From Octopus sinensis (taxonomy: Eukaryota), in the NCBI RefSeq assembly GCF_006345805.1, contig NC_043018.1, forward strand, positions 1,736,001 through 1,800,000: a stretch of 64,000 nt of DNA. Reading direction: 5' to 3'. Below are positions 53,218 to 64,000 of this stretch, one piece after another (the first letter of the stretch is position 1; the number at the start of each line of letters is the position of its first letter). A program made the translations under genes and the position numbers. The notes under the pieces are model-generated. The model searched no databases. It saw only the letters and a list, made by a program, of their open reading frames with translations, and had not been told where the DNA came from.

Positions 53218-53989
53218 AAATACATTCATATATGTGACCTCGTGAGTACCGCTGGCGATTTTTTTCCTCTGTCTTCCCTTCTCGGGATCTTTCATTCTCC
53301 TATGTTTCCGACGAAGCGCTCCGCTCGAAACGTTAAACCCTCCTTCTTCCCTTCTTTCCTGAGCGTCCAATAATACTTTATTTCTTCCACGTCCTCGCGT
53401 TGCTGTGTTCTTTTGTTTTTTTTTTGTGTTTTCTTGTTTGGATTAACTTTATATACATACATATATATATGCATGTATGTATGTATTACACATATGCGCA
53501 CACATTAATAGAGCTATAGATTGTACAATGATTTTATGTAAAAAAATAGTACGTTGTTAGCTCAAAGTGTTGTGGAATATCTAGAAAATCGGGTGTTGCA
53601 GAAGGCAATGACATTCTAACCTGAATATTAAAAAATCAATAATAGCAACAAATAATATTATTTCTGTTTTTCGAGTAAAATACGCCTTCTCAAAAGTGTT
53701 AGAAGAAATCAGAAATCAATAAACCCGTGATTTTCGCATGCCTCTGAGGTCCACAATACTGTCCTTACGGGAAGGATGGATATAGAGGCAGTCCACGCAA
53801 GGTATTCCGTTAGGAATTACTCAACAAAACGAAAGGTTGCTCGATAAGAAACAGTTATATGCGTTGTGTTGTTTAACCTTTCCGCCACACGGACAACTTT
53901 TTGCTGAGCTACGTCGTGTATCATAAGTAGTGAATCAAAAACGGTGACGATTACATAGATTAGGCGTTATACATCTCTGCATATACACA

Positions 53990-54122
53990 TCATCAATTGA
54001 GAAACACCATGACAAATTCAAAAACATGAACGAGATCGTTTCTGATATCACCTCAGTAATAGATCGTAACATCGGTAACCTACGGATCAACGAAGCCATT
54101 CTAGTGAAGAAGAAAATATAAA
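53990..54122 (+). pseudogene. Possible GIY-YIG endonuclease C-terminal remnant (Penelope-like)
   Basis: SSIEKHHDKFKNMNEIVSDITSVIDRNIGNLRINEAILVKKKI*, resembling the SI..H...L.I.EA..I motif. Confidence 0.4.
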
Positions 54123-54455
54123 CAAGAACATACAATGTTACAATCAACAAGCATCATCAACCGGATTGAATTGAATAAGATGCAGAAACTATAATAGCCG
54201 CTTGTTAGCCTTATCACGTATGACATCATCTGACCCAATTCCTTGCACACGTATCACAGCCTGTGGAACATAATCAAAGCCTCAAATTCAACATCAGCGG
54301 AGACGTGATGTTTGACCATGCACCCTACGCACAGAGAACATGCTAAATTAACAGATCTCTCTCTCTCTTGTTAATACTTTTGCAAAAGGATATTTGTAAG
54401 GAAACATTTCGATTTCATGTAATTGTTATGTAGCTGTGCTATTTCATTAAATACC

Positions 54456-54685
54456 TATTTCTTTACTACCCAGAAGGGGCTAAACACAGAGGGGACAAAC
54501 AAGGACAGACAAACGGATTAAGTCGATTACATCGACCCCAGTGCATAACTGGTACTTATTTAATCGACCCCGAAAGGTTGAAAGGCAAAGTCGACCTCGG
54601 CGGAATTTGAACTCAGAACATAACGGCAGACGAAATACAGCTACGCATTTCGCCCGGCGTGCTACCGTTTCTGCCAGCTTGCCGC
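54456..54685 (-). mobile_element. tRNA-derived SINE, family B, with target-site duplication
   Basis: CTATTTCATTAAATACC at 54439-54455 and 54686-54702; B-box GAGTTCAAATTCC. Confidence 0.9.
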
Positions 54686-54768
54686 CTATTTCATTAAATA
54701 CCCTAGAAGAAAAGCAAAAACCAAAAAAATGGATAAAAATAAACAAAAATGCAACGTCAATGACTTAC

Positions 54769-55085
54769 AGTGTCTTCGTGAATCTTAAATGGTAAATCTT
54801 GGTCCGTTGTTTCTAGAAAGTAATATACTCTGCCGTATGCACCCTCATCGGCGTCAACGGCGCGAATCGTGGCGATACGTGTGTTGAGGGGTGAATTTTC
54901 GCGAACAGAATACACATACTGCTGTGTCGTGAAGCGAGGTGAGTTGTCATTGACATCTTTGACACGAATGTAAATCGATGCTGTCGAAGTTAGTGCGCTG
55001 ATGCCCCTTTCGTCGATAGCTAGTACGCTTAGTGTCAAATTTGAAAATTGCTCCCTGTCCAGTTGCCGTTTCAGTCGGATTATAC
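54769..55085 (-). CDS. Cadherin exon 3: GIIRLKRQLDRE...DVNDNSPRF...DADEG...IHEDT
   Basis: tcgcag acceptor, ACT|gtaagt donor, 317 nt phase 1->0; LDRE, DVNDN, DAD motifs. Confidence 0.95.
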
Positions 55086-55802
55086 CTGCGAACAAAAAAA
55101 AAAACAGGAAAACGTATTCATTCCGTGAAGACATTTGTATTCTTCTTAACGCTTGCACCATCCAGTCACGATTTCCAGAACAACCACATTCTGTGATTCC
55201 TTCATTCTGTGATTCTTTTATTCTCTAAGTTTGCTCCAGTCTTTGGATTGACAGCGGCCATACTAGAGCACCGCCTTGAAGGGTTATAGTCGAACAAGTC
55301 GATCCCCGGACTTATTTTAAAACCTAGTACTCATTCTATCGGTCTCTTTATGCCGAACCGCTAGATTACGGGGACGTAAACACGCCAACACTGGTTGTCA
55401 AGCAGTGATGGGAGACAAATACACACAGACACACACACACACACACATACGACGTTTCCATCTACCAAATCCACTCATAAGGCTTTGTTCGGCCCGAGGC
55501 TATATATAAATATACGTATATGTGTGTGTATACATATATATTTATATGTGTATAAACATGTGTGTGTATGTGTTTGTGCTCGTGTGTGTTTATGTTTGTC
55601 TCCCACTATCACTTGACAACCAGTGTTGCTTTTGTACGTCCCCCTAACGTAGCGGTTCGGTAAATTAACCGATAAAATATGTACCAGACTTTTACAAAAA
55701 AAGGAATGTCGGGGTAGTTTTGTTCGATTAAACCCTTCATGGCGGTACCCCAGCATGGCCGCAACCCAATGAACGAAACAAAATAAACGAAATAAGAGTA
55801 AG

Positions 55803-56190
55803 GTTACTCTTTTACTCTTTACTCTTTTACTTGTTTCAGTCATTTGACTGCGGCCATGCTGGAGCACCGCCTTTAATCGAGCAACTCGACCACGGGACTT
55901 ATTCTTTTTGTAAGCCCAGTACTTATTCTATCGGTCTCTTTTTGCAGAATCGCTAAGTAACGGGGACATAAACACACCAGCATCGGTTGTCAAGCAATGC
56001 TAGGGGGACAAACAGACTCACAAACACACACACGCATATATATATATACATATATACGACGGGCTTCTTTCAGTTTCCGTCTACCAAATCCACTCACAAG
56101 GCTTTGGTCGAGGCTATAGTAGAAGACACTTGCCCAAGGTGCCACGCAGTGGGACTGAACCCGGAACCATGTGGTTGGTAAACAAGCTAA
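55803..56190 (-). mobile_element. SINE family A, head-truncated
   Basis: (TACTCTTT)n tail and family body; further decayed copies nearby (55225-55790) and at ~9322-9600, 47260-47760, 50480-51270. Confidence 0.8.
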
Positions 56191-56265
56191 TTTATTTTTT
56201 TTATGTTATTTCATTCCATTTTTTTTTTGTGTTTTTTAGAAAATAATCAATTCCCAAGTCCTTAC

Positions 56266-56481
56266 CCGTATGTGACTCCGAGGATTTGATTTTGAAAGAA
56301 TCCATTGGATCGTTGGCTATTCGAAACCATATGTGTTGATTGGTGTCTCGATCGGTGGCTTTTACCGTTAGCACCTCGGAATCTACTGGCAGGGCCTCGG
56401 ATACATTAGCATGGTAAATATTACTAGGCTCAAAGTCCGGTGGGTTATCGTTGGCATCCAATATTGTAATCTTTAGCGTGA
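56266..56481 (-). CDS. Cadherin exon 2: TLKITILDANDNPPDF...VKATDRD...SESHT
   Basis: tttcag acceptor, G|gtaagg donor, 216 nt phase 1->1; DxNDN and DxD calcium motifs. Confidence 0.95.
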
Positions 56482-57166
56482 CTGAAATATAAAGAGAGGA
56501 GGGCATATAATATAACTTATAATATGATATCGTGTAATATAATACAATATAATAATTCTGTGATACACGATCCCTAATGATCGTTTTTTTCTTTTTCTTT
56601 TTTTTCTTTCCCTTTTACGATCCCTTTTGATCGAAAACCTACCCCACATTCTTTTTCTCCCCAAAAAGAAAAGCTCTACTTTGTAATCTGTCCCGTCTGT
56701 GTGCAGCCCTGTGTGGCTAATAAAGAAACATAATACAATATAATATAATATAATATAATATAATATAATATAATATAATATAACATAATACAATATAATA
56801 TAATATAATATAATATAATATAATATATATAATATAATATAATATATTATGTATATAATATAATATAATATAATATAATATAATATAATATAATATAATA
56901 CAATATAATATAATATAATATAATATATAATATAATATAATATAATATATAATCCTTTCTACCATAGGCACAAAACCTGAAATTTTTTGGGGAGGGAACT
57001 TATCGATAACATTGACCGCAGGATTTCACTGGTACTTAATTCATCGACTCTGAAAGGATGAAAGGCTAAGTCGACCTCAGCAGGATTCGCACTCAGAACG
57101 GTGCGATGGGCGAAATATCGCTAAGCATTTCGTCCAGCGTGCTAACAATTTTGTTAGCTCACCGCC

Positions 57167-57218
<52 letters not shown>

Positions 57219-57480
57219 TAATAATAATTATTATGGTTTCAAATTTTGTCACAAAGGCAGGCATTTTGGGGGAGAGTATGTGTCGATAAAAATCGACTCC
57301 AGTGTTCCACTGGTACTTAATTTATCAACCTCGAGAGAATGAAGGCCAAACTCGACCTCGGCGGAATTTGAACTCAGAACGTAGTGGCAGACGAAATGCT
57401 GCTAAGTATTTCGCCCGGCGTGCTAACGATTCTGCCAGCTCGCCGCCTGAATGATAATAATAATAATAATAATAATAATG

Positions 57481-57542
<62 letters not shown>

Positions 57543-57543
<1 letters not shown>

Positions 57544-58095
57544 GCCCTGATGCAGTACCAGGCAGTGGCTCTCGTGGCTTCTGATCTTAACTGATTGGAA
57601 GTGTTATCATGTACATTGATTTGTCTTGGTATAAAAGATGGGCTACAGCAAATATTCTGCTCAATACCACAGATTTGCTTGTCAGTTGTTTGACCTTAAC
57701 CAGTTGAGCATGTCCCTTAGTGGCTGTCGATATGTGAATCTCTGATCACGAGCAGAAGTAGTGGGGGAGCATCATAGCCATGTGTTGAGAAGGATTCTTG
57801 GGGTTTGAATAATTCACCTTTGGAAACCATGTGTTTTGTTCAACGTCCTTAAACAACCCTTATTCAGGGACCTTTTGAGCGGGATGGGTTACTCGATCTG
57901 AAGAAAATTCTAACTGGGCTCCACCTGCAAGGTCATGTGCTGTTTATCTTGATATGAGATCAACATGTCGCGCACATATGGTTGTGATGCATGTGCCTGG
58001 AGTACCCTTATCAGACGGGTAGTCATGATGGGTATACTGGGCTTCGTATATTTTACCCCAGTGTCACTTTGATGGCATGCTCTGCTCGCTCACTC
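57543..58095 (+). mobile_element. ~550-bp non-coding retroposon-like repeat embedded in (AAT)n
   Basis: Complex sequence bounded by (AAT)n on both sides; no convincing ORF. Confidence 0.5.
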
Positions 58096-58306
58096 AATAA
58101 TAATAATAATAATAATAAGAAGAAGAAGAAGATGAAGAAGATGAAGATGAAGAAGAAAAAGAAGAAAGAAGGAGAAGAAGAAGGAGAAGAAGAAGTAAAA
58201 GAAGGGAGAAAGAGACAGAAATGAGAGGAAGGAAAAGTGAAGAATGATGAGGCGAAAGTTGAGGGTGTAGTAAAAGTGGTGGTGGTGGTAGTGGTAAGTG
58301 TAATCC

Positions 58307-58349
<43 letters not shown>

Positions 58350-58487
58350 AAAGAAAGCAAGCGAGTGAAAGAGAGAGAGAGATGGAGAGAGAATGAGAGG
58401 GAAAGAGAGAGAAAGAAAGTAAGAGAGAGGGAGAGACAGAGAGAGCGAAAAAGAGAGAAGAAAAGAGAGAAGGGATGCATTACGTAC

Positions 58488-58638
58488 CAACAGCAGTCTG
58501 CTTATTCGTCGAGCCCCTCTTCTCTACAGCTCTCAAATCTTTGACCATAATAGGAAGTATGACCTTTTCCGCCTCTTCCCGGTCAGGCTGGTTGCGAATA
58601 TACACGGAACCATTTTTGCGATGGATATCAAAATATTT
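58488..58638 (-). CDS. Cadherin (Cad87A/CDH23-like), exon 1 of 12 seen: KYFDIHRKNGSVYIRNQPDREEAEKVILPIMVKDLRAVEKRGSTNKQTAV
   Basis: ttgcag acceptor, G|gtacgt donor, 151 nt phase 0->1; DRE motif; joins the next exon in frame (G+TC=Val). Not in the ORF track on this strand. Confidence 0.9.
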
Positions 58639-59039
58639 CTGCAAAGAAAGGGATAAAAAAAAAAAATTGCGAATAAATACGATGTTAAGCTGGTTCAGTG
58701 GTCAGGGGCATTAGGCTCGCTATTGTGAGTTCGATTCCCAGCGGTGAGTTGCTTTCTTGAGCAAGACCTTTTACTTCACCTTGCTCCAGTTCACTCAGCT
58801 GGCTAAAATGTGTTCTACCCGTAAATTCAAAGGGCCGCCCTTGTCGCAAATAATAGCAGCGAAATCCATCTGAAATATCAACCCCTAAAGGACGGTCGTT
58901 CAATAATTATTTTTAACACAGGTACAAGATCAAAAAGTTCTGGGATAGGGGTTTGCAGTTTAAATCGATAATCAGGACTTGAAAACGACACACGGGGCAA
59001 TGTATTGCTAGACATAAAAGGACATGCTCTCCCATTTGA

Positions 59040-59139
59040 CACCCTCTCTCTCTGCTATTACTCGCTCGCGCTCTCTCAATTTGATACCTTTTGTCTCTCT
59101 CTTTGCTATTACTCGATCTCGCGTTCTTACTTTGACACC

Positions 59140-59183
<44 letters not shown>

Positions 59184-59590
59184 TATTACTCGCTCGTGCT
59201 CTCTCTCTTTGACACACACACTCTCTCTCTCTCTCTTTGCTATTACTCGCTCTCGCTTTCTTACTTTGACACCGTCCTCTCTCTCTCTCTTTGCTATTAC
59301 TCGCTCGTGCTCTCTCACTTTGACACCGTCCTCTCTCTCTCTTTGCTATTACTCGCTCTCGCTTTCTTACTTTGACACCGTTCTCTCTCTTTCTCTCTCT
59401 CTTTGCTATTACTCGCTCGTGCTCTCTCACTTTGACACCGTCCTCTCTCTCTCTTTGCTATTACTCGCTCTCGCTTTCTTACTTTGACACCGTTCTCTCT
59501 CTTTGCTATTACTCGCTCGTGCTCTCTCACTTTGACACCGTCCTCTCTCTCTCTCTTTGCTATTACTCGCTCGTGCTCTCTCACTTTGAT
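59040..59590. repeat. ~50-bp minisatellite, 10 copies, A/B alternating variants
   Basis: Core GCTATTACTCG...TTTGACACCG separated by (CT)n. Confidence 0.9.
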
Positions 59591-60150
59591 ACTCCTTCTC
59601 TTTTTCTGTCTCTCTCTCCACCTCTCTATTTACAGAGTCTGTCTGCTATCGACAGTAACAAACATTCTCCTCTAATAGTTTCCTCCTCTTCCTTCCCCTC
59701 CTCTACTTCTTCCTCCTCCTCCTTCTCTCCTTTCTTCATCTCTCTCTGTTTCACCAGTTCCGCCAGCAATATACAGTAGCAACTCTCTGCAACTGACTTC
59801 CTCTCTCTCTCTCCTCCTCCCCTTCCTTTCCCCTCCCCTTCCTTCCCTCCTCTTCTCCTTCCTTTCTCCTTGCACCACAAGTTTCAATACCTAGTTGCAA
59901 TAGCAGCTTTTATCCTCCTCCTCCTCCTCCTCCTCCTCCTCCCTCCCTCCCTCCCATCCTACACCCTCCTCCTCAACATATTCCCCCCTTGACCTCCCCT
60001 CCTCTGCTCACCCATCTTTCACACCTCTCCCCCTCCCCTCTTTCGTACTTCTCCGCCACCTCTCCTCTCAGTTTATTTCACGGATTTTATTAACCTAAGG
60101 CGCTATTTTCCTCTCCATTCTGTCTTTCTTTCTCGCAGCATGCTCTACAA

Positions 60151-61141
60151 CAGTGATTCTTCACCATTTTTTTTTTTTTTTCACCTAGGGACCCCTATGA
60201 TTACTGTTTTACTCTGGTGGGCCCCCCATAGCCATTCAATGTTTAAAAACTAGTTTTATAAGATACTTCTTTCAAAAATTCCTATTTCTTTTTTTCACAC
60301 ATTCACTTGTGCAGGTTTGCAATAACGCTCTCTGAGAGAACATTCCAGTGGCAGGAAACAATGTCAAACTATGTAAAAAGTTAGAGAAAGAAAACTTAGA
60401 TGTTTCTTGCAATAAATATAACTAAATGGCGGTGCCCCAGCATGGCCACAGCTCATTAGCTGAAACTGGAAAAAATCAAAATCAAAAAAATCAAATCAAA
60501 CTTAAACGTGGATGTTCTATTAGAAGAAACTATACTGCAGTGGCTGCCACGAGAGAACCTCCCACATTGGCTTTTTGGTGCAAAATGTACTCTTCTTTAT
60601 ATCGTTAGTAGGGAGATGAATCTTTGCTACCTTCAGGTCGCGTGATTTCGTCCTTGTTTGGTCTCATCAATGACGGACAGTTAGCTGGAGTTTATCTCAT
60701 GGCAACTGCCGCAGTATAGTTTGTTCAAACAAAGCATTTACGTTTAAGTTAGGATAAATATCACCTCACGGTTTCAACACTGCCCTCACCGCTGATATAT
60801 CTTTTTTAACAAGCTCACTGGTTAATCGCGACGCAAGTGCCTGTTCTGACACTGTGAATCTATATATTGCTGGCAGGGAGATGAGTCACTGCTGTTTCTA
60901 GCGGTCGGGTGTCCATCATTAACAAGACCAAACAAGGTCGAAATCACATGATCTGGTATTAATACCTATCAGTATTAATACTGTCTCTGTCGCTAATGTA
61001 TATTTTATAACTAAATCAAAATATTTTTCATGGACACTTTAAATACTACAGAGGATTATAATTTAATATGTTGCTTGTGTGGATACCAAAAATACCATAC
61101 GGACCTCTAGGGGTCACATAGAGCCTGGCTAAGAACTACAG
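60151..61141. mobile_element. Old hAT-like MITE with nested repeats
   Basis: Ends CAGTGATTCTT / AAGAACTACAG; 8-bp flanks ctctacaa / ctctacac; internal inverted repeat ~60644-60946. Confidence 0.4.
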
Positions 61142-61792
61142 CTCTACACCTTTTGAGAACCATGTACCAGATTTATACTCTGTACAAGCGTTTTTCAAAC
61201 CGTTGGCTTCTACCCTACAATGGGTCGCAAGATAAATAAAATGAGACGCGACAAAAAAAGTTTGAAAAACGCTACTTTATACCATATATCACTGCTGTGT
61301 GTATATAAACACACTGGGCATTAAACTATATAACCGCCTGGTAAAAAAAGGCACTATTTATACAAATCACGATTTCCGAACTAGTGGGGTCTTCATTCGT
61401 ATTTGACTATGTATACAATTCCTACGTGGACGGTTGTTTGAAAATGAACTGAAAGCAACTGGATTGGTGTCATATTTTCTCTTGAAGAAAAGATTTTAAA
61501 ATGTGTTTAGATTTGCCCAGTGTATCTGGTTACAAACCGCATTGATGGCGGTTAGTAACTGCGTGCGTGTGTGTGTATGCGTATGTGTGTGTATATGTTT
61601 GTGTGTGCGTGTGTATGTGCGTGTGTGTGTATATATATATGCATGAATGTATTTATGTGTATGTCTGTATGTACTTATATGTGTATGTACTTATATGTGT
61701 ATGTACTTATATGCATATGTATGTACTTAATGTATGTATGTATTTATTTATGTATGTATGTATGTATGTATGTATGCATGTATGTATGTATG

Positions 61793-61826
<34 letters not shown>

Positions 61827-61828
61827 TG

Positions 61829-61903
<75 letters not shown>

Positions 61904-61938
61904 ATTCATGAATGTATAATCGCAGACATTCACATGCG

Positions 61939-62038
61939 NNNNNNNNNNNNNNNNNNNNNNNNNNNNNNNNNNNNNNNNNNNNNNNNNNNNNNNNNNNNNN
62001 NNNNNNNNNNNNNNNNNNNNNNNNNNNNNNNNNNNNNN
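61939..62038. other. Assembly gap (100 N)
   Basis: Run of N. Confidence 1.
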
Positions 62039-62049
62039 TGTTTAATGCT

Positions 62050-62505
62050 ATATACTCTCTTTTAACTCTCTTACTTGTTTCAGTCATTTGACTGAGGCCA
62101 TGCTGGAGCACCGCCTTTAATCGAGCAACTCGACCCCGGGACTTATTCTTTTGTAAGCCCAGTACTTATTCTATCGGTTTCTTTTGCCGAACCGCTAAGT
62201 TACAGGGACATAAACACACCAGCATCGGTTGTCAAGCAATGCTAGGGGGACAAACACAGACACAGACACGCATGTTGATTCGCTAGCCTCTGCACGCATA
62301 TTTTTTTCTCTCCTTCTTTCTGGGTTTTTCTCTGTGTATCTTTCTGTTGAAGAGCGTAGGCTCGAAACGTTAAAGACTTGTTTTATTTATATTTCCTGAG
62401 CGCCAAACTAATACAATTGTTTGTTTGTATTCCACCTGCCTTCGTCTTTTGTTTATTTCCGTAAACCTGCCTTCGTCTTTTGTCTATTTTCATAAAGCTT
62501 CCCGT

Positions 62506-62541
<36 letters not shown>

Positions 62542-62755
62542 ATAATATATATTATATATATATAATTATACATATATATATATACATATATACGACGGGC
62601 TTCTTTTAGTTTCCGTCTACCAAATCCACTCACAAGGCTTTGGTCAGCCCGAGGCTATAGTAGAAGACACTTGCCCAAGGTGCCACGCAGTGGGACTGAA
62701 CCCGGAACCATGTGGTTGGTAAGCAAGCTACTTACCACACAGCCACTCCTGCGCC
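62050..62755 (-). mobile_element. SINE family A interrupted by a family D element
   Basis: 3' half 62050-62270, head half ~62590-62755, insert ~62272-62500. Confidence 0.8.
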
Positions 62756-63547
62756 ATTCTTATATTCTTAAATTCTTTTATTCTTTTACTTGTTTCAGTC
62801 ATTTGACTGCGACGAACACGACAACAACGGTACTGGAGCACCGCCTCTGTCAAACAAATCGACCCCAGGACTTTTTTTTTTGAGAGCCTAGTACTTATTT
62901 TAGGGGTTGTTTTTTAAGGCCGAACCGCTAAGCAACGGGGACGTAAACATACCAGCAACGGTTGTCAAGCGATGTTATTTATATAAATATTGGCTGTAAG
63001 TGACTTCGAAAGACTGATTTGCTCACTCACAAAATGATGGCAGCAGGCAAGCCGAAACTTCGACGTTACTGTCAACGTGATCCCTCTAAACGTTTTATAA
63101 AAAATGTACTCTCCCTAAAATGTATTGTCGAACTGAACAACAATTATTGTGTGTGCACGTATGTGTATGCGTGCGTGCGTGTGTGTATGTGTGTGTGTGT
63201 GTGCGTGTGCGTGTGTGTGTGTTGTGTGGAGTTTAATGAGCTGCCACCGGTAATCGATCTGGTGGAGTTAGAGCCGTATATGAGGCGTTAAAAGAAAAAA
63301 GGAGTTTGAAGAAATAGGAAAAACAACGATAATTAAAGGGGAAAAAAGGAAAAAATGATCAACAGATAGAATGTGTGCAAACGTTCAAATGGTACTGTAT
63401 GAGGAGTGGGGCTCTTGCAGGCACTCATCTTCATTATTATATAATTCATATTCATTCGTTAAATGTTTTTTGTCACCACTATGGTGTTGTGTCTGTCCTT
63501 GTAGTGTCCCCTTTGTGTTAAGTGGCCTGAGTGCCAAAAGAAAGAAT

Positions 63548-63593
<46 letters not shown>

Positions 63594-63859
63594 ACATGAA
63601 TAAAACTAAACTGGCGTTAGGAAGGGCATCCAGCCGTAGAAACCTTACCACAAACAGACAATCTGTCAGGACAACTTTGCTAGCCAGCACTGTGTTAAAC
63701 CGTCCAACCCATACCAGCGTGGAAAGCAGTTGTTAAACGATAATGATGATAAATACGATTATATTTGTGTGTGTGTGTGTATTTGTATATGTAAGAAGGG
63801 CGCTAAAACGTTCCTGGCTGTGTGTAACAGAAAATACTGGAGAATCAGTTATTTATGAT

Positions 63860-64000
63860 TTCATTCAACATGTTCTTTCTCAGATTCACACACTCATTGC
63901 AGCGGTCCTTCAGCGGTCCTTCAAAGCTCTGTAAAAGAACTCGGACGGTTGGTCCTCCAGCCAGGTCTTTCACGATAGCTTTAAATCCGGGAACATTTCA
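63860..64000 (-). mobile_element. Mariner 3'-end remnant
   Basis: KTWLEDQPSEFFYRALKDR-like peptide resembling the mariner transposase C-terminus. Confidence 0.45.

Noticed and set aside
59040-59590. CRISPR-like appearance of regularly spaced cores (also 30210-30540)
   Set aside because: Spacers are (CT)/(AG) microsatellite, not unique sequence; eukaryotic context; no cas genes.
63030-63115. Phase-0 exon candidate upstream of exon 1 ending TTT|gtgagt
   Set aside because: Peptide (GEYIFYKTFRGITLTVTSKFRLACCHHF) has no cadherin character.

Overview
AT-rich, microsatellite-dense metazoan DNA; the SINE families and repeat landscape look like Octopus (inference, not database-checked). The main gene is on the minus strand. 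I could splice 12 GT-AG exons (58638 down to 21858; 2505 nt, 835 codons, stop-free, all phases matching) encoding one partial plus six cadherin (EC) repeats and a membrane-adjacent domain of the Cad87A/CDH23-like type. The 5' part lies beyond the window and no transmembrane exon could be found downstream. The introns hold tRNA-derived SINEs, mariner, hAT and Helentron-like remnants, RTE/CR1/RLE-type LINE fragments and minisatellites. The most striking unexplained layer is a set of short elements, many flanked by (TA)n or other microsatellites and many fold-back, several of which carry type I hammerhead ribozyme motifs. These include a canonical one (9873-9920), a U3-A8 compensated one (40228-40270) and three copies in a 1.3-kb inverted-plus-tandem structure (23778-25105). 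This resembles Penelope-like pseudo-LTRs or retrozymes. Ribozyme activity is predicted from sequence only. Repeat boundaries are approximate; exon and ribozyme coordinates were counted by hand.
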